Source of the DNA: Balanoglossus misakiensis
Taxonomy: Eukaryota; Animalia; Hemichordata
Direction: 5' to 3'
Assembly: GCA_040954595.2 (NCBI GenBank)
Contig: CM082581.2
Coordinates: 13,465,921 to 13,529,920 of the forward strand
DNA length: 64,000 nucleotides
Shown: piece by piece, positions 48,841 to 62,386 of the stretch
How the letters are laid out: every line of letters begins with the position of its first letter
Position numbering within the stretch: the first letter of the stretch is position 1
Position numbers and translations under genes: made by a program
The notes under the pieces: generated by a model
The model's database searches: none
What the model saw: the letters and a program-made list of their open reading frames with translations, nothing else
What the model was told of the DNA's origin: nothing

Positions 48841-49503
48841 CCTAGGACCGCCACCCAACTCATCACCACACTCATGTTTTCTATGGTTTAAAAAAGTATA
48901 GTATACTAGGCTATACCAAATAGTATAATATATTAGGGTTACTCTTTTTTCTCTTTCCCGGGGCAATTAGTGAAAGTCTGTGTAGATGTAAACTTTTTCG
49001 TTAAGAGTTGTTTATTCTTTCTTAGCACAATCAATGTCTGAGATATTTACCATTGTACTAAAAGTCTCACCGATATCAGTCTGTGCAAAAACTCTCAAGT
49101 ATGTTTTAGTTCAACACTTTTTTCTTGGGGTATTAAAACGATATTCAGTTGAACTCATTTCAAAGTTAAATACTGTCGTTAATAAAGCCTGTGAAGTACA
49201 TATCAGTTGAAGTATTGTCTATTTTAAAGTAGTATTTTCAAAAGTTTCATGCCAATAGCGAAATAGTGCTGTAAAAAGCCCTTGAATTATGTCTTACTTC
49301 TAAAACTTGTTTTGGTTAACATTAACAATATCAAATTTGGCTCATTTTGTAGCTCAATACTATTTAAAATAAAACAAGTCTGTGAACTACATCTCAGTTT
49401 TATTACTAAATACATATTGGCAATTTTCTTAGCACCGTAAGCCACGTTTTACGTTCCAGATCGATAGCTATTTGGACATTTTGCAATAAACTACAGAATA
49501 AAT

Positions 49504-49857
49504 ATGTCAGATAAAAACAAGATTTGCGTGATCTGTGAAAAGGGTGCCACCCCTTCATCACAATGAGGGATAAATCATACGCAACAAATTGTCCTGAACT
49601 TCCACCAATCGAAAAGAATGGGTGGAAATCGGAGAATGGCGTGTTTTATCCAGTAAAATGTCTTGATCTCCCTGCACCAAAGGCAGTACTAGAGCTTATC
49701 AAATGTGGCTGCAAAGCAGGTTTTAGGGGACGTTGCAGTTGCTCAAAGAATGATTTACCATGTACAACATGTACTCCCCTCTGCAAATGCTATGGTGGAG
49801 ACTGAAAACCAATTAAGGGAAAATGTTCTTGAAGATAACGACACTGACGATGAGTAG
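49504..49857 (+). pseudogene. Transposase remnant: probable N-terminal stub fused out of frame to a decayed Cys-rich C-terminus
   Basis: The ATG at 49504 gives MSDKNKICVICEKGATP. A different frame from about 49554 gives FITMRDKSYATNCPELPPIEKNGW...PAPKAVLELIKCGCKAGFRGRCSCSKNDLPCTTCTPLCKCYGGD. After a frameshift, the acidic tail ENQLRENVLEDNDTDDE* ends at 49857. Confidence 0.75.
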
Positions 49858-50149
49858 ATCAAACAGAACTGGTTTTTGTGAAAATGATGATTGAGAATAC
49901 CAAGATATCAGAAAATAATCGTTATGCTTCTTGGGTTGTTTATTGCACCTTCCGTGGTAGGGAGGGTGCCTCAAGGGTTCATTTTATGAGATGGGACTGT
50001 AGCTCGGAAAATAAACTAAAATACACATTATGTACTTTATTATATATAAAGGAGTTTTAATTTACCTTAGTATACTAAATTTAGAATAAACGAAAAAATC
50101 TACGATTAAAAAACAACTGTTACAACGGGTTGGCGAAAACAAATATAGA

Positions 50150-50980
50150 GAACCCCCCCCCCCCCCAACCAAAAAAATGTGGTAAAGGGGTCCAACATTT
50201 TGCACACCATCACTTTTCGGCAGTCAGTCTGCATTCAAGCGAAAGTAGCAAACCAAATTGCAAGAAATACCACGACAATACTAACCGTATAGTAAATAGG
50301 TGAACAAGTATCTTCAGGGTGGCCAACACAGAAATGATAACCCCCCCAAGACATGATGGAAGGTTCCAAAAATTTGAACCCACCCCATTTTAGTTCTGGT
50401 GGAGCCCCATTGAAACCAAAACATCAAAGAAAATAAAAAATTTAGCAAAATATTCTATGAGAAGGGAGTAAATAGGCCAACAAACAACTTCGGAGTGGCC
50501 AAAATGGAAGTGCCCCCCCAAATAAAAAATGATGGAGGGGCCCTATAATTTGCACCCTATTATTTTTGGCCAGGTGGGTCCCCTCTATAGCAAAAACAAC
50601 AAAAACAAATTAATTGTAGCCCAAAATTCCATGATGATAGTGTAAATAGGTGAACAAATATCCTCGAGTGACCAAAACAGAAGAGACCCCCCGAAAAAAA
50701 TTGATGGAGGGGCCCTAAAAATTGCACCCCATGATTTTTGGGTAGTTGGGTCCCCATTGAAGCCAAACAGCAAAAAAAATCAATTTTAGCATAAAAATCC
50801 TACGGGAATACACATCATACCACAAAACGGAAGTACCCCCTCCCCAGAAAAATATGATGGAGGGGCCCTTAAAATTGCACCCCATCATTTTCGGGTAGTT
50901 GGGTCCCCATAGAAGCCAAAACAGCAAAAAAATCAATTTTAGCACAAAAATCCTACGGGAATACACATCATACCACACTA
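50150..50980 (-). repeat. Right terminal arm, reverse complement of the left arm: two near-identical units plus degenerate inner units
   Basis: CAATTTTAGCAYAAAAATCCTACGGGAATACACATCATACCACA occurs near 50781 and 50934. GGGCCC/TTTGCACCC motifs repeat further inward. Confidence 0.9.
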
Positions 50981-53900
50981 TATAGCAAAGATGGGAGATT
51001 GAAATCATGGTGTGGTTGCATAAACACATGTAATAACTTGCGGTTTATAATCCTTTGGCTAGGGAAAATTGAATACAACAATCAACAAAGTGGATTGAAA
51101 AATAGCATTTTCATTCACAGAAAAAAACAAAGGACATTCTGAACATTCACTTGAAAAGGTTAATAAAATAATGTTTTAGTGGGTAAGACATGTTAAGGCA
51201 AAGTCAATACTCTTTCATTAAAACATAGAGCCGTTTTCATTTCTAGGAAAGCAGCAGTTTTAGCTGAAATCTTTGAAAGGCTTTATAATTATAACGTGTG
51301 ATCTCTGGCAGTCTCGCCTCAAAACAAACCGTCTAAATCACTGTGTTTAATTTTGAAAGTGCCGTGCATGCTTTTGCGATCACAGCAGTATCTCTGAGAC
51401 TGCCAATCGGTGACAATGGTTTGCTTAGTATTACGGCGTTGATTGCTCAACTAAATCTTTAAGGAATTTGTCTCCGTGTATTTTCAATAATGCAATTTTA
51501 CTTGGCCCTCAGGCCAAAACATGAATCTTGCAATATAATATAAACATGCACTGCGGCGTTTGGGCACACTTTGCCATCATCTGGTTGTCATACTTAAGTT
51601 CTTTTAACTCATTCATAATTCATAGTTGAATACGAGTTTCGCAAATCATTGCTTCGCGCGCTCTGCATGAATGCTAATGATATAACGGAGTTTTAAAAGC
51701 CAATTCAGGCAATTCAAATACTAATATAGTTTATGCTCCACTCGGCATGAAGGCATGCATGCGTGAATTCATCATCAACCCCGAATGCTTTTGACAAAGT
51801 ATTTGCACTTCAAAATTGGAATCGCTCGTCTGTCACGATTAATAGCGTCATATGCGCATATCTACAGGAGTGCACGCCCCTCCTCTTGTACTTTATACAT
51901 AAACCACATCACTGAGATACAGTGATTGATTGACAGGAGCGAGGTGAACTAAACATCTCTATACAGAGGCTTCTCTTTTGATCGCGTCATGCCAAATTGA
52001 ATTAACTTAAACTTCTCAATATTTATATGTTACCTTGAACGAAGTCAAGTCTTACTCTGTTGAAAGGATGGTTACCATAAATTTAAATTGATATTATAAA
52101 AGAAAGAGCGCATACTTCAGTGCTTTAATCTGTTCGAACAGCCACGGATAAAGACCAACAAAACGGCATCAACGTCTGTATGTTGTTGTTCGTTAGTTCC
52201 AATGGTCGAAGCGACCCTTGAACCCAAATGGAAAACCAACTAACAGCTGTTGTTTAGTCCTGTTAGAACTAGAACATTCCATTCCGCTGGTCACTTATCA
52301 CTAACTCATCTGGCATTTTGCATACATGTATATACTACCTTAATTTAAAACATCTCACAGTATTTACGAAGTCATGAAACAATAACATGCAGCGAACTAG
52401 TCTCTATTTTACTACAGCCATGAGCATAAAATGCTCTTTAAACAAAACCGGATCTTTAACCAATTCTACAGACGATCTATTTCATTAGTGAAAAGTTTAC
52501 AGTTGCCTTTGAAGACACGCGTCAATATTTTACTGAATAATTAGCATAGCAATAAATCGAATATCGGTTTCATCATACTCCATCAGATTATTTGTGCTCA
52601 TTTTTATTCCTGTGATATGTCCATTATAAAATGGGATTATTTCACATCGTAAACAAACTGACGATTGTAGATATCCAAATGCTGTTTCCGGCGTCAAATG
52701 TTAACGCCATAACGTATTAATAACTGCCCGGGGGAAATTCATGCATTTTTCATCAAGCGTTTACAAAATATTACTGATTTCACGTCAGCCGCAAAAGTGC
52801 AATGTCCACAATAGCTTAGAATAAGCCAGTTTGATTTTATTTGAAAGTGTCATGTTTTTGGGCAGTCCGATGTCGACAGATGTACTGTATTTCGGCAAAT
52901 GTATTGACAAGTCTAACTCATCACGTAAACACGAATGTCTAAAGCTCTCACAACTTGTTCGAGCCCTAAATGATTTATGCGCAGGGACAGGCGTGTCTCT
53001 GCAAAGGAAATATCGGTTAGACAGACCAAATCGAGGCGAATTCCATTCAATGCAGCTTTGCTTCAGGGCCACTTTTTGAATAATCAGTATGCTGCGTATA
53101 CACTGTGCAACTCCCTACATAAAAGCGATCTTCGACATCAACCGAACAAATGTCTTGACTTTCTTTTGGAAATCTCATGTTAAAACATTCACTATTTAAC
53201 CGAGTGGAACTGTCAGTAATGTTTTGAACTTTTTGCCTCTTCGGCTTTCTCCGTGATTTCCTCAGAGGATACGGGGAAGATAGATTTTCAGTATCTATTT
53301 TCCTGAGGCGTATTCTCATCCAGAACAGTCTCGCTTGTTGGGCCACAAATGCGCCGTCGGAAAGCCATCGCAGGAATACTGCCCGTCTGTTTCCTTAAAC
53401 CAAACTGACATCTTTGATCGCTGTTCAATGTTTAACTGCTAAACCGCCGTTAGTTGAGGTCTACCATTAAAGGGGGCGATCACATCCTTTTATTGCAGAC
53501 ACTATAACACACCCTTTTACGATTACCCATAAAGCGGCGCGTTTTCAAGATGGTTATATTGGGAGTTTCTCGCCAAGAGACGTCATGTTGTCAAAATTGT
53601 CTTCTCGCTGCTCACACAAATTACTTTCCAAATTGGCGGTTGAGGAGCAGGTTACTTTAAGGGTAGTAATAACACATTTTGTCGAAGCTGTCTCACCCGA
53701 CGGCGAATAAAATAATTCTTGATTACACGCAATTTCTTCGGAATTTTGTCGAACTCCTCGACGCTGTGTGCACCTCGACATATCACCACGGGTTTCCTCT
53801 ACTGTCTAGGATTTAATCACTCCTATTACCAAGCCTGCTAATAAGATTTCCAAGTTAATGAAATTTGAAGCAGATTATCAATGTCTGTGGTCACTATAGA

Positions 53901-56900
53901 TGACTCGATGAGGGCAGAGTTCAAATGAAATGATACGGCGATAATGGAGTCAAATGGGAAGGATAAAAAAGTTGACAACATCGATATGTCTCCTGATTTG
54001 AAAGGTCATGACAAAGAAGCGACGCGGTGATAAGGCGCTCCTTGATGTTTTAAACCCGGGACTACTTTTCTGGCGGCGAACATGTGGGATTTTGCGGCAA
54101 TCCTGAGCCAGTAAGCTGTACTTGCTCAAGCAAACTCCCTGAAGCAAAGTCAGTGGTCTGACATGTGTCAACAGTACACACCGTATGTGTCATTCATGTG
54201 AATGGAAGTCGACAAGCAATCTACTGGAAAGGAATATTATTTTCTGTGAATACATCAAAACAATCTGGTTCGTTTCCATGCTGCTGTCGCGTTCAGTGTC
54301 CATTCTTTGCCAGATACTACAGAATAAAAAAAACACGAAGAACTTGCCACGAACGGGTAAAGATTGAAGTCTAAAAATAACTTGTAAATTAATAATAATT
54401 AGGTCGTGTCTGCAGAAGGACGGAACGTGACTTTTACAATAAAAGGTATACAAAAAATAATATAAAGCTTTATTGACTATCTCCAATGGTACTCTCATCT
54501 TGTAAGCTATGCTTCGACTACCTCATATCATACTGGATATGAAAATTTACCAATTGAAAAGCATACGGTTTCTGTCAATCTATGAATCCATCTATGAATG
54601 TGGTATGTAAACTGGCCTGGAAACTGTCAGAAAGATGGTGATGGACAGTTAAAGGGAAACCAATAACTCAATCACGAGTAAAAAGAAGTTGGGGAGAAAG
54701 TTTACTTATTTTTACGCGAATTCCTGCGTTGTATTGAAAAAGAAGCATACAATGTTAGGTTCTATTTTCAGTCACCCAACGCTATTTATTCTCAAACGTA
54801 CACACATTATCTCATTGTGTTTAACAAAGCTGATCTTAGCGAGGTTTGACAAGGTTCCTTTATGCGGAACACCTGAAATGAGACTGTACAGAGATTGCAT
54901 GTCGCAGTGTATTTCCTTGTTGATGTATTCTAGGGCTTTTCATTCCCAGAGATTCATTGTGCTTGCAGGTGCTTGCCTCTGAATCCAAGAAAAGAAACTA
55001 TTGACGCTGTCACTTCTGATGCTTGTGCATTTTGTTGTTGACAAAGCGAATCTATTCCACTTTTCAACCCTAAGCACAGATAAAATTGCCGCGTGATTAA
55101 CGTCACATGCAATATGTTTTGCAAGCGGAAACAAATCTCGAAATCGAATCCATCTAAAATAACCACAAACTATAGTTCCAGTTGTGTTCTACTTTCACAT
55201 TTACGTAAAATTATCGGGGTTAACTTCCATAGAAGATAACAGGTGGTGAAGAACGCACACTTCATGTGTCACATTGGCACAAATTAAACACAAAGACTCG
55301 TGAGTAAAGATTAACAGCGCAGAACATAAACGAATGTTTCCGGGATGCATTGTTCCGTAGTGAATGACCATTTTGTGTAAATGTACACACACGAGTGCTG
55401 AACAAGCATATTCACATGAGTGGATCCTCGTCAACGGTAATGAGAATGAACAAGAACGGATATATATGCAGCGATGGACGCTGAAGTTCAACCTTCACAA
55501 AAAACATACATATGATTTTATTCGTAGAGGACAATGAAATAGTTTGATTGACAGATCTGTAACAATAGCATCGTTAATTAGCAACAGGTACAAGTTTCCT
55601 GGTTTATATTAGAAAAGAAATTCTAGTATATGCATTGAGAGATTGCTTCTTTGAAAGGCTATAAGGTCGTAAACGTAATATTTGTTGCCAAAGCGAATTC
55701 ATTGCAAACGATTTTTCTCCTAGTAGCATGGGGGTTTAAGATTACCCAGACCAGATGTATCTCGTTTGAATTCGTCTGCAAAGCATCAAATTTCCATCTA
55801 CCTTCACTAAAACTCACAAAGGGCTTGCTCTGTGTTACCGAATTGATCTTATCACATTCCCTCTACAGATTGTCGATGATCTTATCAAAAGTCAGCTGTG
55901 TTCATTTTTCATTTCCATACAGGCAACAGAGACCCAGAATGTCGCTCCATAAAATATGATGAAAGATTAAAGGTCCGTGATGTTTTAAAGGTAAGATGTA
56001 AAACTTGGTGCATTTACTAATTGAAGTGAAAATTGTATTCGCTTGTTTTTCGTGTGAATGCAAATAGACAGCAGTCAGCGAGGCGTCATTGAGCCCAACG
56101 GGCTCGGGAGTCAGTGCAAATTATGACTTATTAAAAGATAGGTCAACACTTTTACAAATTAAAATATGACGGAATAACATTCGAGGAACTCCCTTAAAAA
56201 TCAACAGAGCCAAACACTATTTTATCAACAGGACTACTGGACAATTGTAAAACTGGAATACAACCACACATACATCACATACTGTCTTGAAGTCTGGAGA
56301 ACCTCAAAAGCTCGACATCACACAAATACTCTTACATCATACTCGGGTCCCATGGTAAACCGGTACATCTGTAGGCAATTGTATATCCCGAGGACATCTA
56401 TATAATATAGACTTCATATTTGCCCATTTCTTCACGGTGAGGTCAATATATCTATACCGTCTTAACGTTACGAAACCTTTTCGCTCCAACTGTCAAGACA
56501 TCGGATCACTGTCAAGAAACCCCTTCTGGCAACACTGCAAAAAACGTTACTTACAGAATGTTAAATTTTATGTGCACTTTAATTATGTTTTATTTAGCAG
56601 TGTGTTCTCTGAGCCCTCCAGAAAAAATGCAATTAACAACATTGTCAGCAAAATGTAAATGACCAAGGAAATGGACTTAATTAGTAGATACTACTTTTTA
56701 TTTCGTTTTAACCTGAAGCTGTGTACCAGGTTAGGAGAAGATAAAATTGCGCAGCGCAATGTGATATTTCGGTCTGAAATTCAGATGTCAACAGCTCACA
56801 CTACCTTAATATTATCTCCAGGCCAACGTTGCGTATTACAGCAACGATTTTTCAAGCTACTTTAGAAAGTGACTTCTCAGGAAATCCCACCATCAACCCT

Positions 56901-57484
56901 TCAGACATGGTCTAATGCAATTCATTAGGGCTAGTTTCAGGTAGACGCAGAGAAACGCCAAATACGGTGAATTCAGTGCCATTTCCCGTTGGCAAATACA
57001 GAGTGCATTAGCAATATGGTGACGTATCCGCTAAGAAGCTTCGCGGCTAGGAAGTACCACGTGACACTTCAGTGAACAGGAAGACCGTTTTATGAAGAGG
57101 GTGCTGACGTTTTACTCTGAGTTCGCCTGACCTAAAAACGTTACTGGAGAAACGGCCCGGGGTCATTCTCAGATAGTTATACACCACGTCAGTACAATGT
57201 ACGTAATTGTGGGAGATATAAAGCTAACAAAAGTCCCAGTCCCGCAGAAACGGGGAGATTTTTCCAAAGGGGCGTCATCACAAAAATTTGCAGCCTTATC
57301 ACAAACCCTGCTACATGATTTATATCGTTCAGCATTTACACGGTCCGTCTCATCAGGTGCCTATTATGAATTTGTATCTGAACAGAGGTTATAAAGTTTC
57401 CCTCGATTTAGAATCCATAGGGAAATAACGCATCTTAATAATAGCGAAGAGGTGAATATAGAAAGATACATTTGTTAATAATCG

Positions 57485-57530
57485 GACAGACAGACAGGCA
57501 GGCAGACAGACAGACAGACAGACAGATAGA
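57485..57530 (+). repeat. (GACA)n/(GGCA)n microsatellite
   Basis: Directly visible. Confidence 0.9.
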
Positions 57531-60500
57531 TTGCATGCATGCATGAGACCAATTCATGGAAAATTCAACGATTAGAAATAGTGCTTGCGAGCACAATATT
57601 CGCCATTATGCGACAGAAAATTCTAATTCGATTATTATCACCTGCTTTAGTCAAATTATTTCCCGTCCATTGCAATCTCGTTCATAATTGAAAATGTTCA
57701 TGACATTTTGCTTAATTCACATTCTGTTCATGAGAACTAAACATGCCGAAGGAAGTTGAATTATGAATATTTCCAAGGATGTTTCTCATCCGAAAACGCA
57801 GAGCTATTGCGCCGTGACGCGTACGCCATGACGCGTGATAATATTAATAACGTCGTGTGTCATGTTTGACAAAAGTCCCTAGTGTGCCATTAATTTAACA
57901 CACAATCCTGTAGGGGCTGTAAGGCACTATTTATAGGTGTGATGTCTCTTTTATACGTAAAATTCATGCATTGATTTTATCGCTTGATGGTTATACAAGT
58001 ATGATTTATGATCACCTAATCTTTGCGTTTGTGTCTTTCTATAAACACCAGTATAATACTCTCTCATGAAATAAAGGCCAATATCCCCAGCCAAATGCCT
58101 ATTCCAGAACAAGGTCTTCGAAATAAGATGTGTCTAAATTAGAAAACCTAACCGGAGGGCTGGTGAAATTTTTGAAAACGATTCTATATTGAAACATTCC
58201 AAAGCTGTTTTGATTTTCTATCAGATGCGGGATTTAGCCCCGTGTAATTTTAGATGGTCTTACCTTGACACCCTATTCCCACTAAGAAACTATGTGCATT
58301 TAATTTTTTGTGAGTCCGGTGACGTCTTTTTGATAGAATCCCCTCCGGATGGATTTTTCCGCACCACGGCTGTCAATCGTTTATTACCCCGTTGATTACC
58401 ACAGCCAGAAAACATAACACTAGTAAAGTAACGGGTTGTCACAAGTCCAATATGTCTTGGAGCTAACATCATACATCATCGATTCAATAAAAAAATTGCG
58501 ATCACCTTAACAGCGGCCTTGGCCGTGTAAAATTCATTAGACATTAAAACTGATAACACCCAGGGGGCTTGTTGCACACAAACAAATAAAATTAAAAATG
58601 TACCGATACCCAAGGTAACACTATCTCTCATTTTTGCGAGGCCAATGGCTTAACTCTATACGTATGCTGCGATATCTGTATCGGTCTATAAAACTTGTAG
58701 TACTGGAGATAAAGCTTAAACTTTCATGTGTGAGAATGCTGAGTGCCCCATCCGTATGGCCACGCTTTCAATTAATTTCAGACCGATGTTCATATTTATA
58801 TTTCAAAAGCAATCGAGCGCACGGTGTACAAATTAAACTCTGTAGCAGTCATCCTATGGTCGCTAAACAGCTGATTGCTAACTTTGAAATGTTTACATTT
58901 GAACAAGCTAACTTTGTGAGCAAATGCTCTCTGCCGCAGATATTAATAGAGTGGCTTGCTTTGTTTACGGAGACTGTTCAGATGAAGCGCGTAACTCATG
59001 GGAATTGTATGACCAGAGCAAATGACAATTTAATTCATCACACACATACTGCGAAAATCGTTCAAATGGATCGTGCAAACTGTCAGACAAGATTATTAAC
59101 TTCCAATATATTCAAAATGTAAAAAAAACTAAATTAATATTAACGTTATTACATTCGCGTCTCTCGGTGTGTTCTTAGTATTATCATGTCTCTCGTGCCA
59201 CATACAAGGTACATATTTGTAATTCTGCAATGGTACGATGTATCATTTATCATTATTCCGACATATCGTCCGAGTTACTTTACACTGTTACCATCTGTTT
59301 CCTGCCCGAACCCAAGACATTGATGAATTGACGGTCTAACGCACTGCAAACGATCGATGAAAGGGCTTTTTAACTGCCCTTGGGCTCAGCCTTCCTGCAT
59401 GTCCCAGGGAGGCGTTTGAAGGATTTCAGGAGAACGTGTCGTGGATTGATATCCTAAGAAGGGATATCCTCCAACTGATAACAAGAATAAAAAGTCAAGC
59501 TGTACTCGATAGCAAAGATAACATGCCATCTTAGACAAGCATGAGTAGGAATTAGACTATAGTACAAATCAATGACCTTGTCTCGAAGTGTGCAAAAGTG
59601 TGCAATTTAACCAATATCACCGTGTAAACAGCACACAATGCAATACGTTTTGTATTTAAACCACTCCCCAAAACCGAATTGACTCACCCTTAATACATGG
59701 AAGAAATATGGAGTCAAATGAAGATATTTACCGTGCACGAAGCCTGGGAAATGACTAGCGAACCGACGGCAATATTTTGGTGGAGAAAGGACATGTCACT
59801 TGAAAACGATATTCTTTTATTATGTGGTTTGAACATGTGTCAAGAAAAACTAACTTCACGTTATTAATTGCGGCTTCATATCCCCCTTGAATATTGACAA
59901 TCGTTTTTCAAAGCACATTCTACGCATAGAGCAGACATTCTCATTGTACCATTGGCAGATCAATACACATGTGTGTAGGTAATGGCTGATGTTCAATGCG
60001 ACCTCAGTGGCAACCACGGGATATCATTGATGCATGCAAACAATTCTGCCTGCAGCTGAATCCTTCATGCATCAGTATTCGGTTTCACTTGCAAATGTGC
60101 CCATTTTAAAGGTTTTGGTTACTTCATTTCAAGATGGTATGTTAAGTTTCTTTGTACAAAAATAAAAAGAGAAAAAGAAATTTCGCGTTATGATAATTTT
60201 CCAATATGACTTTACTTTTTTACCAATATCTTACCCTACGCCGGCTTTTATCATAGAATATCGACACCGCCACCATCATGATATGTCTACTACCTTTATC
60301 GGTCAACTCAACGTGTGCACCTGTCTAGACACAGATGCAATTATAAACATTGTTCACGATTTTCATCAATAAAGCACCTTTATTTCATAGTTTACTGGGG
60401 AAATTTAGATCATATCATGCGGCTACGTGCAAACAATATATCATCAACATGCAGCGCAGAAGTTGCAAATGTTCAGTAGAGGTTTCCTAGACGAGTATTG

Positions 60501-62386
60501 ACAAATTGAATTTGTATTCCTTTGAGCCCCAGAGATGGACCAAAATAGATGGAGCTCATTTGCTTCGTCGAGGTTAATAGGTTGATCGTCCGCTGTTGAA
60601 AGTGACGCGGAACTGCAAGAAATGTGTACCTGAAGACGAGAACTCAACATTTATTAATTGTAATTATGAATTTCCCCTGGTTCTCTTAATTAGTACCAGT
60701 CATCTCTCAGTTTAGCGCCCCTTTCGCTGATCGCGTTTATCATTGTCGAAGTTTAAATAAAGTACAGCTACACTTTCACCTTCACCACTAGCGGGCAGTA
60801 TAATAGGGGAGTCCCTTTGACCTATGACCCCAGGAGATTGTTGTTTGTTTCGATGGGAACAACGGCAACGCTCGTCTATGGAAAGCGAAACTGACGTATG
60901 ACGCTTCCGCACTTTGCACTGTCAGTGACCGTGTGTAGCAGGACCGTGAAACTACAACTGTCCAATGAATCACTCAAACACAGTTGCCAACGCGGACCTA
61001 TTCGTGAATAACGGTAATTAATAATAACGTTAGAAGGCGTGAGTTTATGTCATGCTGGGCACACAACAGCTGGGTGGAATGTTGTGACTCGTGCCAAACT
61101 TCACAGTGAGTGCACAGTGATCGGTCGAGTGGCACACGCTGATGGTAGCAGATAAATTACGATTGCAAGTCACAGATGTTCGGATTTTAGCAATTTTCTG
61201 AAGGTATGAACTTTTGTTTATTTCACTTTTACATGTAACGTACATTTGTATTATAATCTGTAGACGTCATTTCTGTGTGTGATAGTGTCTACAATAGTAC
61301 TCCACGTCGTCAGTCAGGCATCCCACATACACACAAATGTACACTTCAATGACTTCTAAACACTAACATGAAAGCCCCGGTGGTTGTGGTGGTGGTGGTG
61401 GTATGCATTTATATTTTGTGGTAAAATGAATGATATTGCTAAATTATCATATAAATATGAGTGATATAAGCTAATTTTATTAAGTGGCAGATAATAGGCA
61501 ACTGGCAAGTGCAAACAAATTAACTAACAAAACAAACCAACAAAGCCAGTGTACACAAAATATATACAGTAACACAGAACATAATATCCAGCAGAAGAGT
61601 TATCTAAGAGAGACTATCTTAATCATTTTTATAGAATCTTCAGTATCATAGGGTTGAAGTTTTGCGGTCAGTGAGCGTGGGAAGTTATGCAGAAGTCTAT
61701 CAATAGAAGGTAAAAACTGATGTACTCATTGGTAAAGAACTGCTATAGTATATTGTTGTGTGGCTTTGTATTTATTTATCCAAGCAAGGTAACTGGCTGG
61801 GAGTCATTCTCTGTTCCCCGTTATCACTTTCTTTTTTACAATAGAACAATTTTCAACTCAAGTGAAACAGTTTTCTTAAAAGTCCATAGCTGTTTTGGTT
61901 AACCAATACAATTTCTCAGTATTCCACCCCACCCCGTGTTTTATAGCGTGGCATCCCTGTTCTTGAATGGATGTTGAATTGCCTGTCTAGAATTCAACTG
62001 ACTTAAACTCTAGTTTTTAGTATTTTTAAGAATTTTTCGGTACATTGTATTTGGGTATAGGAGTGTGTTTCAGCTAAACTTTCTTGTTCAAACTATATGC
62101 TGTTGCGGGTGTTTACCTTATCAACACAACAAACATGGATGTGTGTAGGTGTACCATGTCAACACTGTAATTTATTGCCCACTGTACTTATTTCGACAAC
62201 TTCTCTTAGCCAATCAGGGGGATTCAACGAGAAGGGACTGGCTCAAGTTAGACCGCGCTTGCGTACTCTGTGCTCTTCACCAGTCAAATTCTCTGATGCC
62301 CCCATACATGCGATTGTAGACTGGATGGATGAGATATCCTGATATGTAGGAATAAACATTTTCAATTTTATTCATATTTCTCTCAG

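Larger units (their letters stand above)
47653..50980 (+). mobile_element. Non-autonomous, internally deleted DNA transposon, Academ (AcademX)-like
   Basis: Termini are TAGTGCGGTATG...CATACCACACTA, flanked by the 3-bp direct repeat TAT (47650-47652 and 50981-50983). The long inverted arms are built of tandem units. An internal remnant encodes a Cys-rich C-terminus (GW...P...PAP...ELIKCGCK...CSC.KN.LPCT..CKC). TAG/CTA ends, a 3-bp TSD and a Cys8-type C-terminus fit the Academ superfamily as I know it. The element is clear; the superfamily is less certain. Confidence 0.85.

Noticed and set aside
47513-51029. Hydrophobic ORFs 47513-47860, 47953-48189, 50560-50766, 50585-50773 and 50715-51029
   Set aside because: They are translations of the transposon's terminal repeat units and appear on both strands.
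57320-57360. Minus-strand CTGATGAG followed by a short stem, resembling a hammerhead core
   Set aside because: No GAAA closes stem II, and I could not build stems I and III.
58634-59122. 162-codon ORF, the longest unexplained ORF in the track
   Set aside because: TTG start, no recognisable domain, and no convincing splice sites linking it to the TRPM exons.
60965-61013. Candidate first TRPM coding exon (MNHSNTVANADLFVNN, donor at about 61014)
   Set aside because: It ends in phase 1, but the exon at 62387 needs phase 2 to stay in the TRPM frame. At most it is a UTR exon with a uORF.
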